Below are positions 1 through 12,037 of a stretch of DNA of 64,000 nt, piece after piece. The DNA comes from Epiperipatus broadwayi (Eukaryota; Animalia; Onychophora). Numbering within the stretch: the stretch's first letter is position 1; each line of letters starts with the position of its first letter. A model generated the notes under the pieces. That model saw only the letters and a program-made list of their open reading frames with translations. It had not been told where the DNA came from and did no database searches. Made by a program: the position numbers and the translations under genes. Location of the stretch: positions 16,988,001-17,052,000 of the forward strand of contig JAQFVV010000008.1 of the NCBI GenBank assembly GCA_028023455.1. The letters run 5' to 3'.

Positions 1-878
1 AAAAAAATGAACAAAAGGTAGCATAAGAAATAGTTCAATAGAGGAGATACGATTACCGTCCTTTTTCCTTGGTCATGTTCCCTACGGCGTTCGTGGCTTG
101 ATCCGACCGTCGAGATGTAGTTGTCCGGACAATGAAAATATGTAGTATGGTTTCACGAAAAGTTCTCCAGACACGGCACAGAGTTCAGATGACTATTGAG
201 TGGATATTAAGGCATTTTGAATGGTATTCCGGAACCTCGGCGATAGGCAAAGCTATTTATTTGCCTAGCCGAGCATAGTAGAATCTATCAAACTTATATG
301 ATTTTTAGCTTGAGCAGGTTCAAACTTCTTCATGATTTGTAGACAACAGTTGTAGACTTTTGGGAATAAAATCACGAACAAAATCTGACAGAGTTCTCCT
401 AAGAGAAATCTGAATGCACCTTGCAATAGCAAAATCTGAATCAATCTTGCAATAGCAAACTCTGAAAGAATCACCTTCACAAGGAAAATCAGAATCAACT
501 GAATCCTTCAAAAGGAAAAATCTGAATATGTGAATTCTTCAAAAAGAAAAATCTGAATAATCAATCTTTTGTTCTCCCTTCTATTTATACCCTCTCTGTC
601 AGCTACCTTCTATTGTTTGTATGATCTGAGATCTTGATAAGCCTCCCCATGCTCCTTTGTTTCAAAGCAACACTTTCTAAAAATAACTTTAACTTTTTTA
701 CTCTAACTTTCTTACTTCAAAGTTTGAATTCTCTTAATTAAAAAGAAAGAAAGAGAAGGCCATCTTTAATTACACTTGAATGGCTCACTAATTAAAACTA
801 TACATTCTTTTAGAAAATGTTGGCAGGCTTATCTCAAAATCAAATCATACTAAATATTTTAACAAAATTTTAACAACA
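1..878 (-). mobile_element. Probable LTR fragment, cut by the window edge
   Basis: Read on the minus strand it starts TGTTGTTA at 878 and is flanked by ATAT (879-882), the target seen for other LTR elements here. It has a TATA-like TATAAATA (minus, ~582-589), an internal repeat array, and a CpG-rich segment with a 14-bp hairpin (236-273). The other end is outside the window. Confidence 0.35.
381..561. repeat. Degenerate tandem array of an AAAATCTGAAT-containing ~25-30 bp unit
   Basis: About 7 recurrences of (A)AAATCTGA(AT) with variable spacers. Confidence 0.7.
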
Positions 879-2071
879 ATATATTATTATTTTTTTATAG
901 TAGAATAAGCATTTTATTTCAGCAGAATTTTGCATTAACTCATATATATACGCTAGATGTATATATATGTTTGACTAATAGGTTAAGCAATTTTTATTAA
1001 TAGAATGAAATTTATTTAAAACAAAATATTTAAATGTAATACACGTTTAATAAGCATAATTATTTTTAACTCTAATGCAAAACCCTGCTGATATTGGACT
1101 ATAAACTTAATTCAGGTCTACAATACTAATTAAGTTTATAGAAGATGTGAAGCATGGATTGGACTTCAGATCCATTGCTTCAATACATGTACTGACTTTG
1201 TCTCGGTACAGTATATAGCCATCATTCTGTCCATTCAAAACTAAATACAGATCCTATAAATTAAGTACATTACAAAAAAGTATTTTTCTTTAAAATGTGT
1301 CATCAACCTGTACAATTTTCAATTTTTTATAGAAATTGTAGATAAAACAAGTCAATCTACACTATCAAAATCGAAATTGACAACATTTTAAAGGATTAGA
1401 TCTTTAAGGCTTATTAATGCCTCCAAAAACAAAGCCATCTATTAAACTTATTTTTTAAATTTCAAATGGCTTTGATAAAAACACACACATACACAAACTA
1501 GCAAAAAGGCATTAAGAATATACAAAAATAATTTGCCACTAGACATTAAATCCATTGGTCTAGGGCAATAACTTCACACTATTTTAATTCATAAAAACTT
1601 TCTCTAATAGAAGATATTAGAGTATGCAGACATTGTTAAAATGGATAAATAGATGATATCAAAATATTATATGAATTTCCCTACAAACAATGGGAAAAAA
1701 TCATGCTCCTACTTAAAAAAAAAAAACAACATTGAAGTGATTTTATATAGACTGCAGCAATAAATGTCAACTGCAATGTCTTCTGTAGCAGTGAAAAGCT
1801 TGCTGATTATAAAATGAACACATAAGTTCCATAATGCAATATTGATGACAGTTAAAATATTAGTATGACCAAGCCTGATAAGTATTACTTGTCTTCTCTC
1901 AAGTTCACTACTAAATGCATAAAAACTTCTCATACTGTAATTACTTAACAATCAGAACTATATAATTCTTGAAAACATCATACTTTATCAGCCATCTATT
2001 GTGTCCAACATTTTTGGCCATGATTCATCAACTTGTAATGATCACTTTATTAATTATAACATTAAGTAATG

Positions 2072-2519
2072 AAAAGTAATTAATTTATAGAGTGCACAGA
2101 AAGCTTATGTAAATAGTCTGAACAGACCCAAAATTTGCAATAATCAAGCATATTTTGCCGATAGAGGGATCTTCCAAACCACAGCACAAGATAGCGACTT
2201 TTTAATCCAAATGTCCATTTATATAGGCGAATCTGAAGCATCTTGATTTGGAAGCATGAAGTAGTTGTTTTCTCCACAGTTTAAGTGGATTTAAACAGTG
2301 GAGAAAACAACTACTTCATGCTTCCAAATCAAGATGCTTCAGATTTGCCTATATAAATGGACATTTAGGTTAAAGATAAGATGGCTGATGGCCGCTCTTA
2401 TCTTTATAAAAGTCACTATCTTGTGTCGTGGTTTGGAAGATCCCTCTATTGGCAAAATATGATTGATTATTGCAAATTTTAAAGCACATTGAATACAGGT
2501 TAGAGCCTGTTCAGACTAT
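2072..2519 (+). mobile_element. Short foldback retroposon (Penelope-like inverted architecture)
   Basis: Inverted arms of about 190 bp centred near 2287, flanked by a 15-bp direct repeat TAACATTAAGTAATG (2057-2071 and 2520-2534). Confidence 0.75.
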
Positions 2520-3800
2520 TAACATTAAGTAATGCATTGAGACGACTTGTTTTTCATTGCAAATTACAGCATCCCAATCACTCTGAGTTGATGATTTTTC
2601 TATACTCACTAGATTTACATAGTTATAACAAATGAGTGTCAAAAAATCAGCAGAAAATTGTAAGAAAAGAGAAAATATTTACACAGATATATATATAATG
2701 TCTAAATTAAGACTTCTTCCATCTTTATAATAATAGCGTAAACATTTGTCCGGAAAAATTGATCCAAACTGGAACTTTCAAGCTATGTAAAACCAAATTG
2801 GAAATATGATAATATCAAAAATCCAATAATCAAATTCAGTCATCTTCAGAAATAAAGTTTCAAAAGGAAAAAAAAAACCCTAGCTGATAATCATTATAAT
2901 TAAATTTTTATAAATTCATCTATACTCATATAAAATTTTTATTGTGACTAAATGAAAGAAATCCCATTATAGAAAAGGGAAAAAAACAAACAAACCCCCA
3001 ATTAAATCTATTACTTCACTTAACGTTGAATATATATATTTAAATACTGTATATTAAAATGTTTACAGCAAACTATTTTATATTTAAAAACATTTTATTT
3101 GAATATAAATACAAAAAAAAAAAACAAGTCAGATGTCACATAAACTAGCGCCTCACTTAAGAAGCCAGTAGCAGAAACTGATCTGAGGTGGGGGGTACTC
3201 TACAAAGCTTGTTAAGAGTTTGTTCTGCACGCTCTATATATAACATTTGAATATACGTAAATAATACACAGGGGAGTGCTATCCATAGAAATAATGACAT
3301 TGTTTCCCTTAATAATTACATCATATAAATATAAATATTTTCATATTAATATTTTATAATTATTTTCTTAATTTTTATTTCATAAAAAATATTATAATCA
3401 GGCATTTGTATACAATTTTTTTTTAATCATAAAAATGATACAATCAACTGGCCTTTGAATGTTATATAAGTACTGCTTCCACTATGCTGTGCTGATAATG
3501 TTTTCTCACCCTATCATGTCTTTGACTTTAATAATCATGAGAGAACATATTTTTTAAAACAAACCTATGCAGTTTTAAGAAGTTATGCCATTCTTTGATA
3601 CTGTAGTATGCCAGTAATTAAGTAACAACCTACACTACTAAATGATAATTTTTGCCTATGTGGAAACAATTCTTAAATTAAATCCATAAAATAATACAGT
3701 ATAAAGTTATGGCTGCCATAGAGTGATAATAGTTAAAGATATTTATAATAGGCTTTAGAGTATTTTAATAAAGCAAAGACCACCTATAATAAAGTTACAC

Positions 3801-3896
3801 AATACTATATCTTGTATTGGTGAGAAAGTATTCATTTATTATTAACACTCGCAAAGCATATGCACAATTAGCTTAAAAGGCTGATATTTGAATGTA
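3801..3896 (+). mobile_element. Fragment of the short retroposon family found at 46172-46804
   Basis: AATACTATATCTTGTATTGG...GCTGATATTTGAATGTA aligns closely with 46707-46804. Confidence 0.65.
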
Positions 3897-4208
3897 TATA
3901 ATTATCAGATGGTAGTGGGTTTAAATCCCTAGGTTAAGATGAATGTATTATTATTATGCTAAGATCTTTAATGTAAGTTTGTGCAAAGAGCTCGTTAAAA
4001 TTATAAAATTAAATATTAGAATTATATAAAGGGCAAATAAGTATTAGCAAATTATACCAAATTTGCCTTGCAATTAATTTGCACATAAAAAAAAAATTAC
4101 ATGCTTACACAATAAAACACATAACAAATTCTGATTAAAATTATAATTTAATTTAAAAATTACATTATTATATGTGAAAAGTTTCATTTTATAAAAAATT
4201 AATACAAA

Positions 4209-4801
4209 TTATTTTAAAATGTCACCCATTCCAAATATTTTATTCACATCAGGAACATGGCTGGCCTGTTTAATATTTGATGTTCGATTATTTCTGTATG
4301 GGTTAATTTCTGAAAATGTTTCTTCTTCATATGGGGAAAATGGTTCTCTTTTATTCAGATCATGAGTGGCTTGTTTAAAATTTGATATTTGGGGATTTCT
4401 GTGTGATTTAGTTTCTAAAAAGGTTTCTTCTTCATATGGGGAAAATGATGGCCTTATTAAATTTCTTTTTGTGGTGTCTTGATGCATGTTTAATTCATTA
4501 TGATGTACAGCAATATCTTCATCTATTTCTTCATATGAACTTGATAAATCATAATATTGTTCAGAATCTTGTTTGAAATGTTTTTGACTGATATCTGTTT
4601 TTATATTTTTAGTTATCGTATCATTTTTTTGTATATATTTATTTTTTTTCATTTCATCATTTAAAGTGTTAAGAATTACTGATACAGTATTAGCATCATT
4701 ATCTATGAGTATAATAGTAAGTGGTTTTTTTGATTTGGAAAAAGACATTATAGCATCTATCACAGCTTTAGTTGCATCTACCTTTGAAAAACCTAAATTT
4801 C
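4209..4801 (-). CDS. Terminal coding exon of a PARP14/9/15-like macrodomain protein (end of macrodomain plus acidic/Tyr repeat tail)
   Basis: A T-tract...TTGTAG acceptor ends at 4802. With the phase-1 G from the upstream exon it reads G-NLGFSKVDATKAVIDAIMSFSK..., completing the macrodomain motif PLIGSG-NLGF. The frame is open to TAA at 4211-4209. Confidence 0.85.
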
Positions 4802-4893
4802 CTACAATTTAAAAAAAAAAAATATTAGTAATATTAAAATATGAAAAAAATTAAATACAAATAAAAATGCTTAAACAATATTAGATTACATAT

Positions 4894-7440
4894 TGAAACA
4901 GTAAGATTCGTATTCGAATCTTAAGTTTTATCTTTTTCTGTCGTTTCTCACTGATCGATCTATCCCGCCCAAATTTAAACTTTTTGGTATCGAATTGTGT
5001 GTGTAACAATATTAAAAATGTATAAATATATGTAGAATTCAGCATAAACATGCACACATTTCGATCTCAAATTAAATGCAATAAATAGGGATAAAATAAT
5101 ATAATTTAGATTTCTTTTAGTTATATAATTTTGTATAATTTTAATCATTTATTTTGCATTATAAAGTTCGTATTTATTGCTTTGTTTAAATTTCGTTTAA
5201 TAATAATTCTAAAAAATCTGATGTAATATTTAATTAAAAGTTAAAATAATCTTATGTTCCCTTTTTGTCTTTGAAATTTAAAAGCATCGGTCAGTGATAG
5301 ATAATAGATTAATTAAAGAAAAATTCCCCAAAATATAATTAGTAAATGTAAAATGTAAACAATAGAACGGCAGCTTTCTTTAATTAAAAACCAACAAAAT
5401 GCATTGATTATCCTCAGGGCAGATTAAGTAGAACCTAAAAATACCTTAACAAAAATGTGAAAGATCAAGATAAAAAAAGAGGCCATCTTAGACTTGCTGG
5501 AGACATTCACTTAAACTTTAGCTTTGCTCTCGATCACTGAGTCTCCAAAATATAAAAATAATTTGTTCCTGCCAAGGTATGACCGAGTAAAGCACCTAGA
5601 TTATTCTGCATCGGGAGATGGCCTATCGGATACCGAACTTTCCATTGCCCGTCATAAATTCACCATGAAGATCTGCTGCCTGAAATAAATGAAAAAGCTG
5701 CTGCTGCTGCGAAATTAAATGAAATATCTAAATACCAGAAAGACTTGCCACTCGTGAACTTTTTGCTGCTAAACTAATGGAATCAGAAAACTTCTTATAA
5801 AACAGGTACCTGTCTGTGTTCAAACTCTAGAGTACTCTAATAATATGCTATAGCTCTTCTTCATACTACTTATCTAAATTATAAAATGTAAAAACTACTA
5901 TATGTATAACTAAATTGAATAATTAATGTAATGTGTAAATTTTTTTACTAATCTAGCTTACCTCATTCTATCTTGGGTGCATATTTCTAAAATCTACAGT
6001 TTATCTATATTTATTATTTAATTATTGCATGCTCACAATTGTCTCTATTTTCAAAGTTTAAATCTATGATCGTTTGAAACAGTGAATGCGTGTCACATTT
6101 TCATTAATATGTATTTCGTCGGGCCGAGGCAGAGACCAGCCCGACATTCTTATAAACCATAACTAACTTAACTTTCATATAAATCAACACGCATTCATTG
6201 CATCACTTATTGTAATGCAGGGTCTACTACTTCGCAAATGGCTGACGTATTAGTTATAATAATTCCCAATTTATATAGGTTTTGTATTTATTAAATCATC
6301 ATGAATAATTCCAGAAAATTACATTTCTTTGAGAGTCACCAACGTTCTTTAGTAACTGTTGATAATGTAGGGCCGAATTAGAAATCTATTTAAATCTTAT
6401 CATAATCGTTTATACTTAAACATGTGTTACGTTTTAAAGACGCGATGATCTATTCCGCCGTAAATATTCCGGATTCTTCAGGGTTGAAATTAACCCTAGT
6501 CGTCCTACACAAGCAGGCATAATGGGTGCTCCCGTAGGACTTGACATCATGCAGCCAGCCGGCAAAACTGCGACACGGACCGCTTGTCCCTGGTTATGCT
6601 TATGTGACACCTTACTTCGTCGGGCCAAGGCAGAGACCAGCCCGACATTCTTATAAACCCATTCGTGGCATTGCAGTTTCAATATACTGCCATTCCATAT
6701 CACCTTTCTAAAGCGTACCATGTGTTCCTTTACTTAATTTTATTATTGTATATATCACTCCGCCTCTGCATTATCTTCATAATTCACTCTCAAATAAATG
6801 TTTGCCCTTAGACATAAAATAAATATTTTAATTAAATAAATATATGTCCACCGCTACTCTTAAATCTTACTTTAGACTCTTGCATTGCAAAGGTGTAAAT
6901 TCCCCAAGGCATGCATTAAAAATACTTACTCGAGAATTTTAGGTAGCTAGATTACGCCTTCAAATAAATGAATTCCTTTTGTAAACAAATAAATAATGTA
7001 TTCTTTAAAATATACTCATGTTGCAAATCCCGCTACTGAAGCTTTGAATCCCTAAAATATTATTAGTCAATGATTTTATTAAAATGTATTAATAAATAAT
7101 TTTAAACTATACGTCTGCAGTTACGTTTCATTTATTCGATACCCATTCTATATAATATTTCCTCGATTATGTAAATATGAATGTTTAATTAATATTAGTT
7201 TGATTATTGGCTAACTCAAGAATAAAATCATGAATCTCTTGTATATCCCTGACCACCGTGCCTAAGGAAATATTTACTAATGTCGCATCAGACGCGTTGT
7301 TTCATAGATTGTATTGCGGAACCGATAAACTATGTTCGAACTCAGTACCATGGGTGGCTTCGCTACTTGATGGTGCTGCTGTTCTGTATGGTGGTTGAAT
7401 TCTGCACTATGTTTATGAGTCATGTTTTCTGACCGTTACA
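4894..7440 (+). repeat. 5' LTR (2547 bp)
   Basis: Starts TGAAACAG and ends CCGTTACA. Roughly 97% identical by eye to 9489-12037. Confidence 0.95.
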
Positions 7441-7462
7441 TAGTTAAATTTTTTTTCCAGTT

Positions 7463-7480
7463 TGGCGTCCAACGTGGGGC
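7463..7480 (+). promoter_or_regulatory. Primer-binding site, tRNA-Lys type
   Basis: TGGCGTCCAACGTGGGGC has one mismatch to TGGCGCCCAACGTGGGGC, the complement of the tRNA-Lys(CUU) 3' end. Confidence 0.85.
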
Positions 7481-8105
7481 TTTCGATACAAAAAAACCCC
7501 ATATATACCCTGAGCAAAATATAACGCACATAAATTTCTTTTAGTGTTCGTTACGCGAATTAGCTAATTATTCTATATATATACGATTTTGTTTTGATAA
7601 AAATAATGAGGAAAAATAATAAATTGAGTGAAATAATGTGGGTCAAGTAGGTGAAAGGACAGCAGGCATAACAAATTTAAGGAAAGCAGGGATGTGTGTG
7701 TAATTTAAGAAGGAACGAAAATACTCTGATCTAATGAAATATTTTGCTTTATATATATATGTCAAGAAAAAAAAAGTAATCAGTCGTTAAATGAGAAAGC
7801 AAGTAGCATTAAATTTTTTTATTAAAACACCGTTATATATATAATATAGACAGCAGAAGCTTGTTATATATGTTAATAGTAAATATTTTGTTAAAGTACA
7901 AATATATATATCATAGACAGCAGTAGCTTATTATACGCATAACCAGTAGTTCGCTATAATATATATGTTAAATGTTAAATGCAGCAATATAGAGATAGGG
8001 CAATGTAGAGTAGGTGAGGGCAGCGAAAGAGTGTTATAGGGCCAATATACCTGTGGGGAGTAGTCAAATGCTAGTAGTATAAAATAAATAAATCATATTA
8101 AGAAA

Positions 8106-9015
8106 ATGGAATCAGAAAATATTGATATACAGCAAGAAGATTTATCTGAAACTTTGGAGTCGACACCCAAGCGAAGGGAAGCTCCGCAACAATACAGAGG
8201 ATCAATGGACTTTAATTTCAAGTTCATTGAGGAAATACTCAGACAGAATATGCAAGAAATGAAGAAAATGTATGAGGAGGAAATGAGAAAAAGAAGAGAT
8301 GAAGAATCAAAACAGAGACAAGAAGAAGAAAAGATAAGAGTGAGAGAATATCAGGAATTTAAAGACATTATGTGGAGAGAGTTAGAAGCCATAAAGGAAC
8401 ATTTTGAAATATCCCCAGCTAGTAAAAAGGAAGAAGAGATTAAAGATATGGAAAAGAAAAGGAAATCAGAGATCAGACGAACCGATGATAGTAGAAGGGC
8501 AAGCAGGTAGTGTAGTAAATATGAAAAAGTTTGATGAGCAAAGAAACCTCATTCCAGCCGATGAATGCCCACAAGAACCAGAGAAGGCAGTCAGCATTAA
8601 AAAAGAGACGAAGATGGACACCAGCACAATACCAACACGTTTGCATTTTGGTAAAGCGGACACATTACTGATCAAGACACCATTACCCATGGATGAACGT
8701 GAAATCAATATTGAAACTGACAGACGCAAGGCACACCGCCGCCTTACAGAAAGGGCAGGATGGAAATTACGAGCAGATCGGAAAAGCCAACATTTCCAGG
8801 TCGGGAACTATGTTTGGGTACGGAACTCTCAACAAAGTAACCGAGATAAAAGAGTATATAAAAAGTTCTTTCCTTTGTACCGGGGACCCTTTATAATTGA
8901 TCGCACATGTGGCCCAAATGCATATTTATTAAAAGATGGAGATACCATAAAAGGGACATACAATGCCCGTAATCTCAAACCATGTAGGTATTATCCACCT
9001 GACCCGGGGTTGTAA
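8106..9015 (+). pseudogene. Gag N-terminal coiled-coil fused by deletion to the integrase C-terminus (two overlapping frames)
   Basis: ORF 8106-8510 is E/K/R-rich and coiled-coil-like. ORF 8404-9015 contains EGQAG (shared with the gag at 63.9 kb), TRLHFG, and FQVGNYVWVR...YRGPFII...NAYLL...YNARNLKP, the GPY/F integrase tail. PR, RT, RNase H and the integrase core are absent. Confidence 0.8.
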
Positions 9016-9488
9016 AAATATTAGACTCTTAGGACAGATTAAACATATATGAGAATATTAAAACGAACTTGATATAATGAACTTGGTTGAATGGATTGTA
9101 CTTTAGTCAAATAGGGTTTTAGATAGAAATTTTATTATATATATATATATTATTGTTTTAATTACTATTACTCTTAAAATTCTTTTTTATATTATACTAA
9201 CTAATCCTATTCTAAGAATTTTTTTTATCTATATATATTCTGTTTAACTAATTATTTCTATGATTTTAACCAGACACGGCCAAATTAGGCCATTTTAATT
9301 AAACTATAAATTCTAGATCCGGGTATATAAATTGTTCATTGCTTCATGTAATCTCTGCTTTCTATATTTCAATATATCTGTAAAAACAATAATAATGTTT
9401 TCGTCTTTAAATTATGTAATGTAAAATTTTTTTTCTCTTTCTTGCCTCCTTTGTTCTTCCTTAATTGTTCACGGAAAGTATGGGGAAA

Positions 9489-12037
9489 TGAAACAGTAAG
9501 ATTCGTATTCGAATCTTAAGTTTCACCTTTTTCTGTCGTCTCTCACTGACTGATCTATCCCGCCCAAATTTAAACTTTTTGGTAACGAATTGTGTGTGTA
9601 ACAATATTAAAAATGTATAAATATATGTAAAATTCAGCATAAACACGCACACATTTCGATCTCAAATTAAACGCAATAAATAGGGATAAAATAATTTAAT
9701 ATAATTTAGATTTCTTTTAGTTATATAATTTTGTATAATTTTAATCATTTATTTTGCATTATAAAGTTCGTATTTATTGCTTTGTTTAAATTTCGTTTAA
9801 TAATAATTCTAAAAAAATCTGATGTAATATTTAATTAAAAGTTAAAAATAATCTTATGTTCCCTTTTTGTCTTTGAAATTTAAAAGCATCGGTCAGTGAT
9901 AGATAATAGATTAATTAAAGAAAAATTCCCCAAAATATAATTAGTAAATGTAAAATGTAAACAATAGAACGGCAGCTTTCTTTAATTAAAAACCAACAAA
10001 ATGCATTGATTATCCTCAGGGCAGATTAAGTAGAACCTAAAAATACCTTAACAAAAATGTGAAAGATCAAGATAAAAAAAGAGGCCATCTTAGACTTGCT
10101 GGAGACATTCACTTAAACTTTAGCTTTGCTCTCGATCACTGAGAGTCTCCAAAATATAAAAATAATTTGTTCCTGCCAAGATATGACCGAGTAAAGCACC
10201 TAGATTATTCTCCATCGGGAGATGGCCTATCGGATGCCGAACTTTCCATTGCCCGTCATAAATTCACCATGAAGATCTGCTGCCTGAAATAAATGAAAAA
10301 GCTGCTGCTGCTGTGAAATTAAATGAAATATCTAAATACAAGAAAGACTTGCCACTCGTGAACTTTTTGCTGCTAAACTAATGGAATCAGAAAACTTCTT
10401 ATAAAACAGGTACCTGTCTGTGTTCAAACTCTAAAGTACTCTAATAATATGCTATAGCTCTTCTTCATACTACTTATCTAAATTATAAAATGTAAAAACT
10501 ACCATATGTATAACTAAAACTGAATAATTAACTTAATGTGTAAATTTCTCTACTAATCTAGCTTACCTCATTCTATCTTGGGTGCGTATTTCTAAAATCT
10601 ACATTTTATCTATATTTATTATTTAATTATTGCATGCTCACAATTGTCTCTATTTTCAAAGTTTAAATCTATGATCGTTTGAAACAGTGAATGCGTGTCA
10701 CATTTTCATTAATATGTACTTCGTCGGGCCGAGGCAGAGACCAGCCCGACATTCTTATAAACCATAACTAACTTAACTTTCATATAAATCGACACGCATT
10801 CAGTGCATCACTTATTGTAATGCAGGGTCTACTACTTCGCAAATGGCTGACGTATTAGTTATAATAATTCCCAATTTATATAGGTTTTGTATTTATTAAA
10901 TCATCATGAATAATTCCAGAAAATTACATTTCTTTGAGAGTCACCAACGTTCTTTAGTAACTGTTGATAATGTAGGGCCGAATTAGAAATCTATTTAAAT
11001 CTTATCATAATCGTTTATACTTATACATGTGTTACGTTTTAAAGACGCGATGATCTATTCCACCGTAAATATTCCGGATTCTTCAGGGTTGAAATTAACC
11101 CCAGTCGTCCTACACAAGCGGGCATAATGGGTGCTCCCGTAGGACTTGACATCATGCAGCCAGCCGGCAAAACTGCGACACGAACCGCTTGTCCCTGGTT
11201 ATGCTTACTTCTTCGTCGGGCCGAGGCAGAGACCAGCCCGACATTCTTATAAACCCATTCGCGGCATTGCAGTTTCAATATACTGCCATTCCATATCGCC
11301 TTTCTAAAGCGTACCACGTGTTCCTTTACTTAATTTTATTATTCTATATATCACTCCGCCTCTGCATTATCTTCATAATTCACTCTCAAATAAATGTTTG
11401 CCCTTAGACATAAAATAAATATTTTAATTAAATAAATATATGTCCACCGCTACTCTTAAATCTTACTTTAGACTCTTGCATTGCAAAGGTGTAAATTCCC
11501 CAAGGCATGCATTAGAAATACTTACTCGAGAATTTTAGGTAGCTAGATTACGCCTTCAAATAAATGAATTCCTTTTGTAAACAAATAAATAATGTATTCT
11601 TTAAAATGTACTCATGTTGCAAATCCCGCTACTGAAGCTTTGAATCCCTAAAATATTATTAGTCAATGATTTTATTAAAATGTATTAATAAATAAGTTTA
11701 AACTATACGTCTGCAGTTACGTTTCATTTATTCGATACCCATTCTATATAATATTTCCTCGATTATGAAATATGAAGGTTTAATTAATATTAGTTTGTTT
11801 ATTGGCTAACTCGAGAATAAAATCATGAATCTCTTGCATATCCCTGACCACCGTGCCTAAGGAAATATTTACTAATGTCGCATCAGATGCATTGTTTCGT
11901 GGATTGTATTGTGGAACCGATAAACTATGTTCCAACTCAGTACCATGGGTGGCTTCGCTACTCGATGGTGCTGCTGTTCTGTATGGTGGTCGAATTCTGC
12001 ACTATGTTTACGAGTCACACGTTTTCTGACTGTTACA
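9489..12037 (+). repeat. 3' LTR (2549 bp), preceded by a purine tract (~9473-9488)
   Basis: GGAAAGTATGGGGAAA is followed by TGAAACAG. The repeat ends TGTTACA. Confidence 0.95.

Larger units (their letters stand above)
4894..12037 (+). mobile_element. Non-autonomous Ty3/Gypsy LTR retrotransposon (LARD-like), 7144 bp
   Basis: Two ~2.55-kb direct repeats with TG...CA ends and a 4-bp TSD ATAT (4890-4893, 12038-12041). A tRNA-Lys PBS, a purine tract before the 3' LTR and gag/integrase remnants lie between them. Confidence 0.95.

Noticed and set aside
3134-3299. 166-bp TGTCA...TGACA solo LTR
   Set aside because: No TSD and no second copy in the window.
6115-6158. Spliced-leader RNA or CRISPR-like repeat
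   Set aside because: There are only two copies per LTR, no spacer array, and no GT donor or Sm site in the expected position.
6480-6540. Twister ribozyme resemblance (UAA-CCC...ACAAGC...AUAAU-GGG)
   Set aside because: It lacks the GA after P2 and there is no P1 pairing, so the pseudoknots cannot be completed.
6434-6721. 95-aa minus-strand ORF (and 92-aa copy at 11039-11317) as a real gene
   Set aside because: It lies in both LTRs over the GC-rich hairpin island, starts at a non-ATG codon and has no recognisable motif. It is probably a by-product of local GC content.
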